This document shows, piece by piece, positions 49,983-60,285 of a DNA stretch of 64,000 nt. Source of the DNA: Candidatus Obscuribacteraceae bacterium. Lineage in GTDB: Bacteria; Cyanobacteriota; Vampirovibrionia; Obscuribacterales; Obscuribacteraceae. The notes under the pieces were generated by a model, which was given only the letters and a program-made list of their open reading frames with translations, ran no database searches and was not told the origin of the DNA. The position numbers and the translations under genes are program-made. The stretch spans positions 288,001-352,000 of the forward strand of contig JBGASG010000004.1 of assembly GCA_044229845.1 (NCBI GenBank), written 5' to 3'. Positions within the stretch are counted from its first letter, which is position 1; each line of letters starts with the position of its first letter.

Positions 49983-52331
49983 ATGACGACGGAAGGAAAA
50001 CATTCCTGCTGCGGGGGCAGTAGTGCACATTCCGCACCAGCGGCTCCCAACCCCAGCATCGCCCCCGAGACCGCCATCGACCCCGTCTGCGGCATGCGCG
50101 TGACGATCTCGGATACATCGCTTTTCTTCGATTTTCAGGATCGCCGGTATGACTTTTGCTGTCAGGGCTGCCGCACCAAATTCAGTACCAGTCCCGGCTA
50201 CTACCTGAGCGGTGCCGCTGCTGCGCGCCCCCGGCGCAAGGCAGTAAAGGCTCGCTACGAGTGCCCGATGCATCCGGATGTCGTGTCCGACAAGCCAGGC
50301 GACTGCCCGGCTTGCGGCATGCCGCTGGAGGCGTCGGTACCCACCGCCGATGACGGCAACGCGGAAGTGAAAGAACTTGCTCATCGTTTCGGCTGGTCGG
50401 CTCTGCTCTCGTTGCCGCTTCTAATCGTCAGCATGAGTGAGATGTTCGGCTTCTCGCTCTTGCCTGCTACCGGCGCCTGGCACCTGGTCAGCTGCTGGCT
50501 GCAAGCGGCGCTGGCAACGCCGGTCGTGTTCTACCTGGCGCGCCCGCTGTTCAGCAAAGCGCTGGCATCGGTGCGCAGCAACAATGCCAACATGTTCACG
50601 CTTCTGGCGCTGGGCATCGGCATTCCCTACGCCTACAGCCTGGTCTCGCTGGTCATCGCCAGCCTCTCCGGTGCTGACGGCGGCACGCACCACCACATGG
50701 TGTACTTCGAGTCGTCGGCTTTGATCGCGACGCTCGCCTGGCTTGGTCAGTATCTGGAGGCACGCGCTCGGCATCAGAGCGGCAGCGCCTTGCGGGCACT
50801 GGTCAAACTGGCACCGGACGACGCCACAGTGCTGATGCCGGACGGCTCCGAGAGCCGCGTTCCGGTCAAGCACATCGCTCCCTGGGCGCGCCTTCGCATT
50901 GCTCCCGGCGAGCGGCTCCCAGTGGACGGCATCGTCATCGACGGTCGCAGCACCGTCGATGAAAGCATGCTCACCGGCGAATCGGTTCCCGTGCTTAAGG
51001 AAACCGGTTCGCAAGTGGCGGCCGGCACCATCAACACGACGGGCAGCCTGCTCGTGCAAGCGCAGCAGGTCGGCGAAGACACGATGCTCTCGGGCATCAT
51101 CAGGCTGGTCAGCGACGCACAACGTTCGCGGGTGCCGATTCAGCAACTGGCAGACAAGGTGGCATCCATCTTCGTCCCTGCCGTCTTGCTGGTGGCCGCT
51201 ACGACAGCCATCAGCTGGCTGGCACTGGGCTTCCCCCTTGCCGACGCGTTGGCGGCAGCCACCGCAGTGCTGGTCGTTGCCTGCCCATGCGCTCTCGGGC
51301 TGGCGGTGCCGATGTCGATCATCGTCGCTTCCGGTCGGGCCGCTCGCGAGGGCGTCCTCTTCAAAGAAGCGCGCTCGCTGCAGACACTCTGCCGCGTCGA
51401 CACCCTGGTGATCGACAAAACCGGCACGCTCACGGAGGGCAAGCCTTCGGTGCAAGCGATTCAACCGGTGCCCGGAACCGACGCTGACGCCTTGCTGGCG
51501 CTGTGCGCGGCTGTCGAGCAGCAGAGCGAGCATCCGCTGGCGGCAGCCATTGCGCAAGCGGCGAAGGCGCAAGCCGTAGCCGTTTCTCACGACTGCCGTG
51601 ACTTCCAGAGCGAAACCGGGTTGGGTGCTCGCGCCACCGTCGACGGCAAGACCGTTCTGGTCGGCTCGCGCGCCTATCTGGTCAAGCACGGTATCGCGGT
51701 GCCTGCCACCGAGGATGCCACCACCACCGTCCACGTCGCCAGCCAGGGCGACTACCTCGGCTCAATCCAATGTGCCGACAAGCTGCGCGACACGAGTGCC
51801 GCGACCATCGCCGAACTGCAAGCCGCCGGCATCTCAGTAATTCTGGCCAGCGGCGACAGTGAAAGCGCCGTTGCGCTCGCCGCCACCGCCTCTGGTATCA
51901 CAACCAGCTATGGTCGCCTGTTGCCCAGCGAGAAGTCGGCTCTTGTCGAGCGGCTCCAGGCTGACGGGCACCGGGTCGCCATGACCGGCGACGGCATCAA
52001 CGACGCGCCGGCTCTGGCTCGGTCCGACGTTGGTATCGCACTGGCCTCCGGAACTGACGCCGCACTGCACACTGCCGACATCGTCCTGGTGTCCGGCGGT
52101 CTGGAGGGCATCGTCAGGGCGCGGAAACTTAGCTTTGCCTTGATGCGCAACATCAGGCAGAATCTGTTTCTCGCGTTCGCCTACAACCTCGTCGCCATCC
52201 CGGTGTGTGCGGGGGCTCTATCGCAACTGGGCATCACTGCGGTGAACCCGGTGGTGGCAGCGCTCGCCATGTGCTTCAGCTCTGTGGCGGTTGTCGCCAA
52301 CGCGCTCAGGCTGAAGGGACAGGCTGCGTAA
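49983..52331 (+). CDS. copA: Cu(I)-translocating P1B ATPase with YHS and CPMHP metal-binding domains
   Basis: DPVCGM, YECPMHP..CPACGM, TGES, CPCALG, DKTGT, SEHP, GDGINDAP, YN and MxxSS. Confidence 0.93.
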   Translation: MTTEGKHSCCGGSSAHSAPAAPNPSIAPETAIDPVCGMRVTISDTSLFFDFQDRRYDFCCQGCRTKFSTSPGYYLSGAAAARPRRKAVKARYECPMHPDVVSDKPGDCPACGMPLEASVPTADDGNAEVKELAHRFGWSALLSLPLLIVSMSEMFGFSLLPATGAWHLVSCWLQAALATPVVFYLARPLFSKALASVRSNNANMFTLLALGIGIPYAYSLVSLVIASLSGADGGTHHHMVYFESSALIATLAWLGQYLEARARHQSGSALRALVKLAPDDATVLMPDGSESRVPVKHIAPWARLRIAPGERLPVDGIVIDGRSTVDESMLTGESVPVLKETGSQVAAGTINTTGSLLVQAQQVGEDTMLSGIIRLVSDAQRSRVPIQQLADKVASIFVPAVLLVAATTAISWLALGFPLADALAAATAVLVVACPCALGLAVPMSIIVASGRAAREGVLFKEARSLQTLCRVDTLVIDKTGTLTEGKPSVQAIQPVPGTDADALLALCAAVEQQSEHPLAAAIAQAAKAQAVAVSHDCRDFQSETGLGARATVDGKTVLVGSRAYLVKHGIAVPATEDATTTVHVASQGDYLGSIQCADKLRDTSAATIAELQAAGISVILASGDSESAVALAATASGITTSYGRLLPSEKSALVERLQADGHRVAMTGDGINDAPALARSDVGIALASGTDAALHTADIVLVSGGLEGIVRARKLSFALMRNIRQNLFLAFAYNLVAIPVCAGALSQLGITAVNPVVAALAMCFSSVAVVANALRLKGQAA

Positions 52332-52359
52332 CCATCACTCAAATCACGGGAACACACAG

Positions 52360-52863
52360 ATGAGCGAGGAGCTTGCCATCTTACTGCCGATTGCCCTTTT
52401 GGCGCTGGTTGTCGGCGGTTATTTACTGACGGTCTTCGAGCCGTACTACGCCTTGCGCACCAGCGAAGGCGCGGAGTTGCTCGAATATCACCGCCAGGAT
52501 CCGAAGCTGCGCGCCATTGCCGCGTGGTGGGCGCAGCGCCTCGTCGACCCCGGCAGTCGCTGGCTCGACGAAAGCAATGCGTCGGTTGTGCGCGTGCGCA
52601 ACAGCGTGCTGGAAGCGCTGGTCCGCCACCGTTTCCTGACGGGCGACGATCCGTCCAAACTGCGGTACGGTGCGAAGGTTTCGCCGGTGCTGCAGCGCGC
52701 TTTTGCGGAATGCGGGCTGGTGCCTCCGGCATCCGCCGTCACACCGCGGGTCGAGATGCAGATCTCGGCGCGCGAAGTGCGGGTCATGAACGGTGAGTTG
52801 GTCTGGAGAGGCAGACCAGCTGAGTACAAGTCGCGCTTCTGCGACTTCTACCCCGAACCCTGA
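52360..52863 (+). CDS. membrane-anchored hypothetical protein
   Basis: N-terminal transmembrane segment; lies between copA and the terminator. Confidence 0.55.
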   Translation: MSEELAILLPIALLALVVGGYLLTVFEPYYALRTSEGAELLEYHRQDPKLRAIAAWWAQRLVDPGSRWLDESNASVVRVRNSVLEALVRHRFLTGDDPSKLRYGAKVSPVLQRAFAECGLVPPASAVTPRVEMQISAREVRVMNGELVWRGRPAEYKSRFCDFYPEP

Positions 52864-52878
52864 GCCCGTCGCCCACTC

Positions 52879-52920
52879 AAGAAGAAGCAGGGACCCCTCG
52901 CCCTGCTTCTTCTTTTTTTT
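52879..52920 (+). terminator. intrinsic terminator
   Basis: AAGAAGAAGCAGGG-loop-CCCTGCTTCTTCTT followed by a T run, between convergent operons. Confidence 0.85.
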
Positions 52921-52938
52921 GGCCCTTACCCCTTGACA

Positions 52939-54273
52939 TCATGCGTCTAAACGCGGGTACTTTGCGGTCAGTGTAAGCCCCTCGCGCTGCTTCGGCAGAA
53001 ACGGCACCGCGAGCAAGCAGGCGGCAGTGAACACGGCTGACAGCACGGCGAGTGGTTGAATCATCCCGTGCGCCAGGGAAGTGAACACGTTGGCGCCGAT
53101 AATCGCGCCCAGCTGGGACCCTATGTTGTACACCGCAATCACCAATCCAATCGTCGTCGCAGTGGCGCGCTTCGGGCAGACATCGGCAGCGTACCCATAG
53201 ATAGTCAGGATTGCCACCATGTTGGTCAGTCCGCGCGCAAATTCAAGAACACTCGCACTTAATCCGTCGTTGCACAGCAAGTAGCCGAGATTGGAAGCCA
53301 CACCGGCAAGGACGGCGATCACTGCTTGCCGCCGATGGTCCGGTTGCACCAGCGCCAGCAGCCTAAAGACGCCGGCTCCGCACAGCATTCCGAATGAATT
53401 GATTGCTGCCAGCTGCCCAATGAAACCCTGATCGAATTTGAGATGCTGCGTGAAGTAGAAGTACAGCGGGGTTCCGAAGCTCGGGCTGAGGTTCCACAGG
53501 AACGTGAACGCAGCCACTCCCTGAAATTTTCGCGATCGCACGGTGGCAAAAATCACGCGCGCGTAGTTGCGCAGGCTCTGGCGGGACGCCACCGTCGTTT
53601 CTTCAAGGCGCAGACTGAAGAGAAACACCGCGGCGGTGATCACTGAACACAAGAACGCGGCACCGCGCAACGCATCGACGGGATGGAACTTCTGGCAAAG
53701 ATAGCCGCCCAATAATCCGGATCCGATGCTGGCGGCATAATAAGCACCCGCCTGCAACGCAAACAGCTTGCGTCCCCGCGCCGGCTGACGATGGGATTCG
53801 GCGGCGACCAGGGCACACAGCACGACCGTCGATAGCGCCATTGCCGTCGAGGTGATAGTCAAGGAAATCAATGTGACTATCATGTGGTGGTGGTCTTGCG
53901 TCAGAAGTGACGCCATAGCGAGAAATCCGAGCGACGCCGTGACTGCGGCAAGCAAGAGGTACGAACGCCTGCGCGTTCCCCACAAGGGCAGGAAGTCGCT
54001 CACGATGCCGAAGACGGGTTTGACGATCCACGGAATCATCAATATCGAGAGGAACCAAGCCACCTGGGCCGCGTTGTACTCTTCGTTCTTGAGCAAGAAA
54101 TACTCAAGCGGCTGCGCGATCAGACAGAAGTGCTGCGCAACGCCCTGTCCGAAATAGGCTGCCACCAGATATAGCGGCAAATATGCCGCCGACTGAGCGC
54201 CTGCAGGCTGAGCGTCTACCGCTGAGCGACCGGCGGCTTGCGCGCTAGGAAGTTGACTTCCGTGGATTGCCAT
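52939..54273 (-). CDS. MFS transporter (BT1/folate-biopterin-like)
   Basis: IPWIVKPVFGIVSDFLPLWGTRRRSYL; about 12 transmembrane segments. Confidence 0.85.
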   Translation of the reverse strand: MAIHGSQLPSAQAAGRSAVDAQPAGAQSAAYLPLYLVAAYFGQGVAQHFCLIAQPLEYFLLKNEEYNAAQVAWFLSILMIPWIVKPVFGIVSDFLPLWGTRRRSYLLLAAVTASLGFLAMASLLTQDHHHMIVTLISLTITSTAMALSTVVLCALVAAESHRQPARGRKLFALQAGAYYAASIGSGLLGGYLCQKFHPVDALRGAAFLCSVITAAVFLFSLRLEETTVASRQSLRNYARVIFATVRSRKFQGVAAFTFLWNLSPSFGTPLYFYFTQHLKFDQGFIGQLAAINSFGMLCGAGVFRLLALVQPDHRRQAVIAVLAGVASNLGYLLCNDGLSASVLEFARGLTNMVAILTIYGYAADVCPKRATATTIGLVIAVYNIGSQLGAIIGANVFTSLAHGMIQPLAVLSAVFTAACLLAVPFLPKQREGLTLTAKYPRLDA

Positions 54274-56111
54274 AATACATCTTGTCCATCAAGCTCGATT
54301 CGCTCGCGATAGGGAGCGGTTTCGAGCACTTCGATACTCCAATTTCGGAAAACTCCTTCCAATAACTCGACTGCTTGAGTTGCCGTCAGCGGGGTCTCCA
54401 CCTTAGTTTCCACAGGCTCGCCGGTGACGGCGTCCGCAACATTGCGTCCAGTGGAGGTTGTAATCAACACGCGTCCGCCGGCTCTGGTTGCGCCTGCGAT
54501 CTGCGACAGCAGACGGCGCAGCGTCGGCATTGAGCCAACGTGCTCGATAGCGGATACAGCCAAGATCAAATCAAATGAATCGGCTTCCAACGCGAATTCT
54601 TCCATCTCACTGCATATCGCGAGGACCCGCTCGCTCACCCCATGCCGGCTTGCATATGCCGTCAGTTTCTCGATTGCCGACGGCAGAATATCCACGGCGG
54701 TAACGTGCGCGCCACAGCGTTTTGTCAATTCAATAGTGTTGCGCCCGACGCCGCATCCGAGATCCAGCACTCGCGATTCCGCTGTGAGACCGGCTGCCAG
54801 TGCCGGCAAACGCGGATCAGATTGAGCCAGCCATGAACCAGGTGCATACAATTCGTGTCGCCCGTAGTACTGTTCATGGTAATCGCGGGTGCGCTCGCGG
54901 GCGGCGTTGAGCGCCGAGCGCTCACGCAGATCGGCGGCGACGGTATGGACAATGGCGCCCGTTATGTTAGCCGGATAGCCATAGATTTTGATGACGGAAT
55001 TGGTTTCGCCCGGCAACGGATTGCCAGCGGCAACCGACGGCTGCACGTATTGCATGGTGAAGACATCGAAGAAGGAGCGCGTTTCTTCATTCCAACCGTA
55101 CAGCGGCAAGAAACTGTGAAATGCAAAACCCATCTCCCGCAGCCGCTCCGTCAGTGCCGGACAGATGCTGCTGTTAGCTGGAATGCGCACTGCGATGAAA
55201 CGCTTCTTCAAGGAAAGCAATTCTCTGACTGCGTTCTCGACCTGCGCCACATCGCTGCCGGTCAGCTGCTCGGGGCAAATCACATAGCCGTGCTCATAGC
55301 CGTCATTGCGCTGAACAACCAGTTGGGCGAGAGTGAGGCTCTGGGCTCCGGGTTCCGCTTTGGCTTCGGGCTTAGCGTCTCCGCTGTCCGCAAAGTGATA
55401 TGCGAGAAGTGGCTCGAACTGTTTGGCTATTCGCCGACAAATCGCGTCATAGCGCGGAGCGACGAAGACTGTGCGTTTCTCTTTAATGCTCCGCAAGAGG
55501 CGAGCAACCTCGGTGTCTCTCTTTGGCTGTTCGGCAAGCGCTTCTCCGTAGGCGCGCCAGGTCCACAGCACCGACTCGGGGCGGTCGGCGAAAAACACGT
55601 TGGGATAGTGGCTGTATCCAAATCCGCAAAAAGCCCCATACCCATCGGCGACGTGAGCAGCCTGGGAAGCCAGGCTATGCGTCACCAGCTCGGTGCAATT
55701 GATCATCAAGTCTTGCCGCGACAGGTAAGCCGACACGCCGCGCATGAGCAGACTGCCGATGCCGCGTCCTCGCAGGTCGCGTCGCACCGCCATGCAGTTG
55801 TTTTCGATCTGGTAAGGTCCCAGAACATCCAGAGTGATAGCACCAGCCACGATACCGGTCGCGACAGCTTCTACCAGGACAAGAATACGTCCTGCCGCCA
55901 GATTCTCCGCCATGCTGGGCACGTCAAAGAGCGACGGATCGGGATAAGGCTCGCAGCCGGGCGCGCCGACACCGCCTGCACCGAGCGCGGCTTCGAACAT
56001 CTCAACCAGCGGCTGTGCGTCCGCGGCGAGCGCCAGACGCGCCAAGTATTCACCATCGGTAACCAACGTCTCAGCAGTGGAAACAGCTGCGCAAGCATTA
56101 CTTGACGACAT
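54216..56111 (-). CDS. GNAT acetyltransferase-class I SAM methyltransferase (TehB-like) fusion
   Basis: AVRRDLRGRGIGSLL; VLDLGCGVGRN, VTAVD, FDLI; GGAG RBS before ATG 56111. Confidence 0.8.
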   Translation of the reverse strand: MSSSNACAAVSTAETLVTDGEYLARLALAADAQPLVEMFEAALGAGGVGAPGCEPYPDPSLFDVPSMAENLAAGRILVLVEAVATGIVAGAITLDVLGPYQIENNCMAVRRDLRGRGIGSLLMRGVSAYLSRQDLMINCTELVTHSLASQAAHVADGYGAFCGFGYSHYPNVFFADRPESVLWTWRAYGEALAEQPKRDTEVARLLRSIKEKRTVFVAPRYDAICRRIAKQFEPLLAYHFADSGDAKPEAKAEPGAQSLTLAQLVVQRNDGYEHGYVICPEQLTGSDVAQVENAVRELLSLKKRFIAVRIPANSSICPALTERLREMGFAFHSFLPLYGWNEETRSFFDVFTMQYVQPSVAAGNPLPGETNSVIKIYGYPANITGAIVHTVAADLRERSALNAARERTRDYHEQYYGRHELYAPGSWLAQSDPRLPALAAGLTAESRVLDLGCGVGRNTIELTKRCGAHVTAVDILPSAIEKLTAYASRHGVSERVLAICSEMEEFALEADSFDLILAVSAIEHVGSMPTLRRLLSQIAGATRAGGRVLITTSTGRNVADAVTGEPVETKVETPLTATQAVELLEGVFRNWSIEVLETAPYRERIELDGQDVLWQSTEVNFLARKPPVAQR

Positions 56112-57681
56112 AAGAGAACTCCTGCTTCGTTTTGATTTTGCCGGCGGCATCATCCGCCAAGATCTGCTGCGCACAGTTGTATCCGGGCGCTCCATTGACG
56201 TTGCCGGCAGGATACGTGCCTGCACCGCAGACATAGAGCGCGGGGATTTGTGTGCGATGTCCGGAGGCACCGCTGAAATTGCGCTTGTCTGCAAGAAACT
56301 GCGGCGCCATCGGCAGGTGCCAGCAACTGGCTCCAGACAGGCGAAACTGATTGCGCAATTCTGTAGGTCCGACGGCTGCGGCTTCGACGACGCACTCGCG
56401 GATATCGCTTGCATGCGCACTTAGATCAGTCAAAACCTTCTCCACCAGCGCCTCGGCAGAGATGTCGCCGGCGCCAGGCAGGTAGTGAATATCGACGGTC
56501 AAAAGATGTTTGCCGACAGGAGCGATGGTATCGTCCATGGTGGAGGGAAAGCACATCGTCATCATCAATTGAGATGGCATGGCACCGGCGTGCACGCGCT
56601 TCGCATCCTCAATAATCGACTCTAAGGGCGGAGCCACGACAATAACACCTTGATAGTTATGTTGCAGCTCGTCGAGCACAGCGAATCGGGGCAGGCGGCT
56701 GAGCGCCAGGTGCACCTTGCCCGCGGAGACAGTGGGCACTTCCGTCTGCAGTCGTTCGCGCAGCTGAGCGCCGGTGCCGGCAGCGAGGCTCTCCCCGTCC
56801 AAGAGGCGCCCAAAGGTCTGCCACGGATCGGCATTGGAGATCACGCAATCGAATTCCATTAAGGCGCCGCTTTCAGTCAGAATGCCGGTGGCGCGACCGT
56901 TTTTGGTCAGCGCTTTCTCAATCGGGCAGTCCAACATGATCTGGGCACCGGCAGCCAGCGCTGCTTGAGTCATGGCTTCGGTAATCGCGCCCATGCCGCC
57001 CTTGACGAAGCCCCAGGCGCCCGGCTGCCCGGCTGTGACAGCAGTGCCGTGATGAATGCAACCGAATATGGTGCCGGGAAGGTTTGAAAAACCAGGTGTG
57101 CAGGTAGACGCGGCGGCTTTGAACGCCGGATTCTCCACATACTCGCCGAGCAAGTCGAGCAGCGAACGCTCGAACAGCCCATCTGCGATAGTCGGCAATC
57201 CGGCTGCCCTCAGCGCCTCTTGCAGTTCTTTCTGACCGACAGGTGGACGCATGTAGAACGGGCTGAGCACGGCTGCCGCGCGCGCGATGTCGCCCCAGAA
57301 CGCCGACCAGCCTTGCACGTCGGCATCGGTCAATCCATTTATTCTGTATCTGGAGCCGCCGCCTTCACGCGGCGTATAAGAATACTGCCCGTCAGGCAAG
57401 AGCACGATCTCTATGGGATCGGCGAGGTACGTCTGCAGTCCCCAGGTTTCCAATTCAAGATCCCGCGCGATTTCTTCACGCAGCATGCCGTAATAGGACG
57501 CAACGGTGGATACGCGAAATCCGGTGAAGAGCTCCTCGGTGACGCAAAGACCGCCGGTCTTCGAACGGGCTTCGAACAGAGTCACCTCGTGCCCTGCAGA
57601 GGCCAGGTAAAACGCGCAAACGAGCCCATTATGGCCCGCTCCGATGATGGCTATTTGCAGTGGTTTGGTGTCGGCGTTCAC
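56098..57681 (-). CDS. phytoene-desaturase-like FAD oxidoreductase
   Basis: IIGAGHNGLVCA, GGMGAI, LYVCGAGTYP..NGAPGYNCA. Confidence 0.88.
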   Translation of the reverse strand: MNADTKPLQIAIIGAGHNGLVCAFYLASAGHEVTLFEARSKTGGLCVTEELFTGFRVSTVASYYGMLREEIARDLELETWGLQTYLADPIEIVLLPDGQYSYTPREGGGSRYRINGLTDADVQGWSAFWGDIARAAAVLSPFYMRPPVGQKELQEALRAAGLPTIADGLFERSLLDLLGEYVENPAFKAAASTCTPGFSNLPGTIFGCIHHGTAVTAGQPGAWGFVKGGMGAITEAMTQAALAAGAQIMLDCPIEKALTKNGRATGILTESGALMEFDCVISNADPWQTFGRLLDGESLAAGTGAQLRERLQTEVPTVSAGKVHLALSRLPRFAVLDELQHNYQGVIVVAPPLESIIEDAKRVHAGAMPSQLMMTMCFPSTMDDTIAPVGKHLLTVDIHYLPGAGDISAEALVEKVLTDLSAHASDIRECVVEAAAVGPTELRNQFRLSGASCWHLPMAPQFLADKRNFSGASGHRTQIPALYVCGAGTYPAGNVNGAPGYNCAQQILADDAAGKIKTKQEFSYVVK

Positions 57682-57700
57682 GGTTGGTCGATTGGCGTTC

Positions 57701-58936
57701 CTATAACTCGCTTTGCAAGACCTCGATCAGGCGGTCGATTTCATCGCGGCTGTTGTAGACATGCAGGCTAATACGCAGGAAATCATCCGCTTCAGCGCTT
57801 TTTCCTTTGCACAAATTTCCGGAGCGCACCATAATGTTCTCGCTGTCCAACAAGAACGCGACATCGGCTGATTCCGCTTGCTGAAAGCGAAATGCCAGAA
57901 TGCCGTAACCGCCAGGGCAGCCGCAGATGCCTGGTCCGGGAGCGAACTCAATTCCGGGCATCCCGACTAATTGGTCATACAGATACTTTGTCAGTGAAGA
58001 AACATGCGCTTCGATATGTTCGACACCGATGCTCTGGATGAAGGAAACGGCTTCGCCCAGTCCGAGAATAGCCGGCGTGTCGTAAGTGCCCGCTTCACAG
58101 ATCTCTGCAAAGGTTCCATTGAACGAAACCTCCAGCGCGGCGCCATCGCCTTCTGAAATCACGCATTGGGTGCCGCCGCCGATGCGCACCGGTTTCATCT
58201 CCCGCTGCCGATTCCGGCGCGCCCAGAGAGCGCCGACACCGGTCGGTCCAAACATCTTATGTCCGGAGAACGAAATGAAATCGACGGGCAATTCGGAGAC
58301 TTTGACGGCAGTGTGTCCGATGCTCTGGCTGGCATCCAGACTGATAACGACCGCATCTCCGACAATGTCGCGCACCTCCTGGACCTCCATCTCCAGTCCG
58401 TACACGTGGTGCACGTGCGTCATCGCCAGCACGCGTGTGCGCTCGCTTACGCCTGAGCGAATGCTCTTCAGGTCGTAGTCGCCGACTTCGTGGATGGCGA
58501 AGGGCACGACTTTGACATGCTTGCCGAATTGCTTCAGCGTCTGCACCAGAGTGAGCCAGGGCAAAGTCGCGCTGCGGTGGTCGTCCAGACACAACATGAT
58601 TTCGTCGCCGTCATTGAGGTTGAGCAATCCCCATGACAGAGCAACGAGATTGAGGCTATCGGTGGCACCGCCGGTGAAGGCAATGTCAGCGGCATCCGCG
58701 CCGAGCAATTCAGCGACCGCTCCCCGCACCCGCTCAATACCGGCGCGGGCACGCGTCGAGAGACCGGAGACTCCGCGTCCAGCGTTGGCGCATTCGCTTT
58801 CGTAGAAACGCACCATGGTTTCCACAACCCTCGCCGGCTTCTGCGTTGTCGCGGCGTTGTCAAAGAAGATCGTTCCCGGTCGAGACACGAACGCCGGAAA
58901 CTGGCAACGCACATCCGTCTCTAAGACAGTTACCAT
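57701..58936 (-). CDS. class V PLP enzyme, SufS/cysteine desulfurase-like
   Basis: FDNAATTQKP, DASQS, SGHKMFGPTG, EAGT, VRSGNLC. Confidence 0.88.
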   Translation of the reverse strand: MVTVLETDVRCQFPAFVSRPGTIFFDNAATTQKPARVVETMVRFYESECANAGRGVSGLSTRARAGIERVRGAVAELLGADAADIAFTGGATDSLNLVALSWGLLNLNDGDEIMLCLDDHRSATLPWLTLVQTLKQFGKHVKVVPFAIHEVGDYDLKSIRSGVSERTRVLAMTHVHHVYGLEMEVQEVRDIVGDAVVISLDASQSIGHTAVKVSELPVDFISFSGHKMFGPTGVGALWARRNRQREMKPVRIGGGTQCVISEGDGAALEVSFNGTFAEICEAGTYDTPAILGLGEAVSFIQSIGVEHIEAHVSSLTKYLYDQLVGMPGIEFAPGPGICGCPGGYGILAFRFQQAESADVAFLLDSENIMVRSGNLCKGKSAEADDFLRISLHVYNSRDEIDRLIEVLQSEL

Positions 58937-60282
58937 TACTTGACTCCAGCCAGTTGCTTGCCGGCGGCGACGCCGCGTTCACAGGGCTTGCCCGCATCAC
59001 GCCACTCGACAAATCCGCCAATCAAGCTAGCGCACTCAATTCCCTTTGCCCCGAAAAACGCGGCGAAACGGCGCGATTGATCGCCTGTCGGGCAGACAAA
59101 GAGAACGCGGTGCGACTTGGAAAACGGCACACCGTTTTCCGCCATGTCAGCGAGCGTCTCGGTTGCGATATTGATCGAATTGGGGATGTGCGAGGCTTTG
59201 AACGCCAGCGCACCACGCATATCGACAATCATTGGGGCATCGCCACGCTGCAGCCAATCTTGAGCTTGCTCGACATTGACTTGCACAGCTTGCTCGATTT
59301 GCTCATCGGAGAGATCGCGCACGCTTTCTTTTTTGGCAGCCATGCCGAACAGCTCGGGACGGCACTTTTGCAGATAGGATAGATACCACTCGACGCGATC
59401 GCAAACGATAAATACGGCATTTTGCTTTTCAGTCAGCGTCTCGTCAATGCCGCGCAGATATTTAAGAGCCGCCGCCAGACTGCCGCCGCCCGTTGGACCT
59501 GCGAGCACACCGGCGCGACGAATGAGCAGAAGCATTGCATCGATAGATTCATCGATATCGACTTCAACAATGTCGTCGTAGAAGTCTTTGCGGAAGAGAC
59601 CGACTTCATACATTTCATCGACGTTGCGGATGCCGGGCAGCAAATGCCCCTTGGAGGCAATCACGCCGATATTCTTGACGCCCGGGTTCTTTTCTTTAAG
59701 GAGCGAGCCTGTGCCGCGGGTGGAACCGGTCGTTCCCAGCCCACCAATGAAAAAGTCGACGCGGTCGAGATCTTCCATGATCTCTTTGCCGGTGGTGTTG
59801 AAGTGCGCTTCGATATTGCGCTCATTCGTGTACTGCGACGTGTGGAAATACTTGCCGGGCTCGCCCAACATGATTTGTTCGATAAACGTGATCGGGTCAT
59901 TGGGATCAGTCGGGTCGGGGCATTCGCTGAGCCCCGGCAGCTCGTCCACTTCGGCGCCCAGCAGTTGCAGAATCTGTTTTACCTCACGCACCTTAATTCG
60001 GTTGGTGACGATCTTGAACGGCACCCCGTGCAGCGAACACAATATCTGCATGGCTTTGGCCATGTTGCCGCTGGACGACTCGATGACCGTCTTGCCTTCG
60101 GCGGCAATGCTTTCGATGTCGTGACGCAGCACGTTCCACGCGCTCTTGTCCTTGACCGACCCAAACGGGTTGAGCAATTCGAGCTTGGCGTAGAGATTGA
60201 TGTTCTTCAGCCCGTGCAGCTCGGCGGGCAGCTCGAGCAAAGGCGTGTTACCGATGACTTCGGTGATGTTGGAAACGAGCAT
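58936..60282 (-). CDS. cysteine synthase-family PLP enzyme fused to a rhodanese domain
   Basis: GNTPL, NPFGSVKD, SSSGN, GLGTTG; C-terminal IVDMR, HIPNS, CPTGDQS. Confidence 0.9.
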   Translation of the reverse strand: MLVSNITEVIGNTPLLELPAELHGLKNINLYAKLELLNPFGSVKDKSAWNVLRHDIESIAAEGKTVIESSSGNMAKAMQILCSLHGVPFKIVTNRIKVREVKQILQLLGAEVDELPGLSECPDPTDPNDPITFIEQIMLGEPGKYFHTSQYTNERNIEAHFNTTGKEIMEDLDRVDFFIGGLGTTGSTRGTGSLLKEKNPGVKNIGVIASKGHLLPGIRNVDEMYEVGLFRKDFYDDIVEVDIDESIDAMLLLIRRAGVLAGPTGGGSLAAALKYLRGIDETLTEKQNAVFIVCDRVEWYLSYLQKCRPELFGMAAKKESVRDLSDEQIEQAVQVNVEQAQDWLQRGDAPMIVDMRGALAFKASHIPNSINIATETLADMAENGVPFSKSHRVLFVCPTGDQSRRFAAFFGAKGIECASLIGGFVEWRDAGKPCERGVAAGKQLAGVK

Positions 60283-60285
60283 TGT

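Noticed and set aside
56098..57681. Carotenoid biosynthesis (crtI)
   Set aside because: No phytoene synthase or other crt genes nearby; the fold family is broad.
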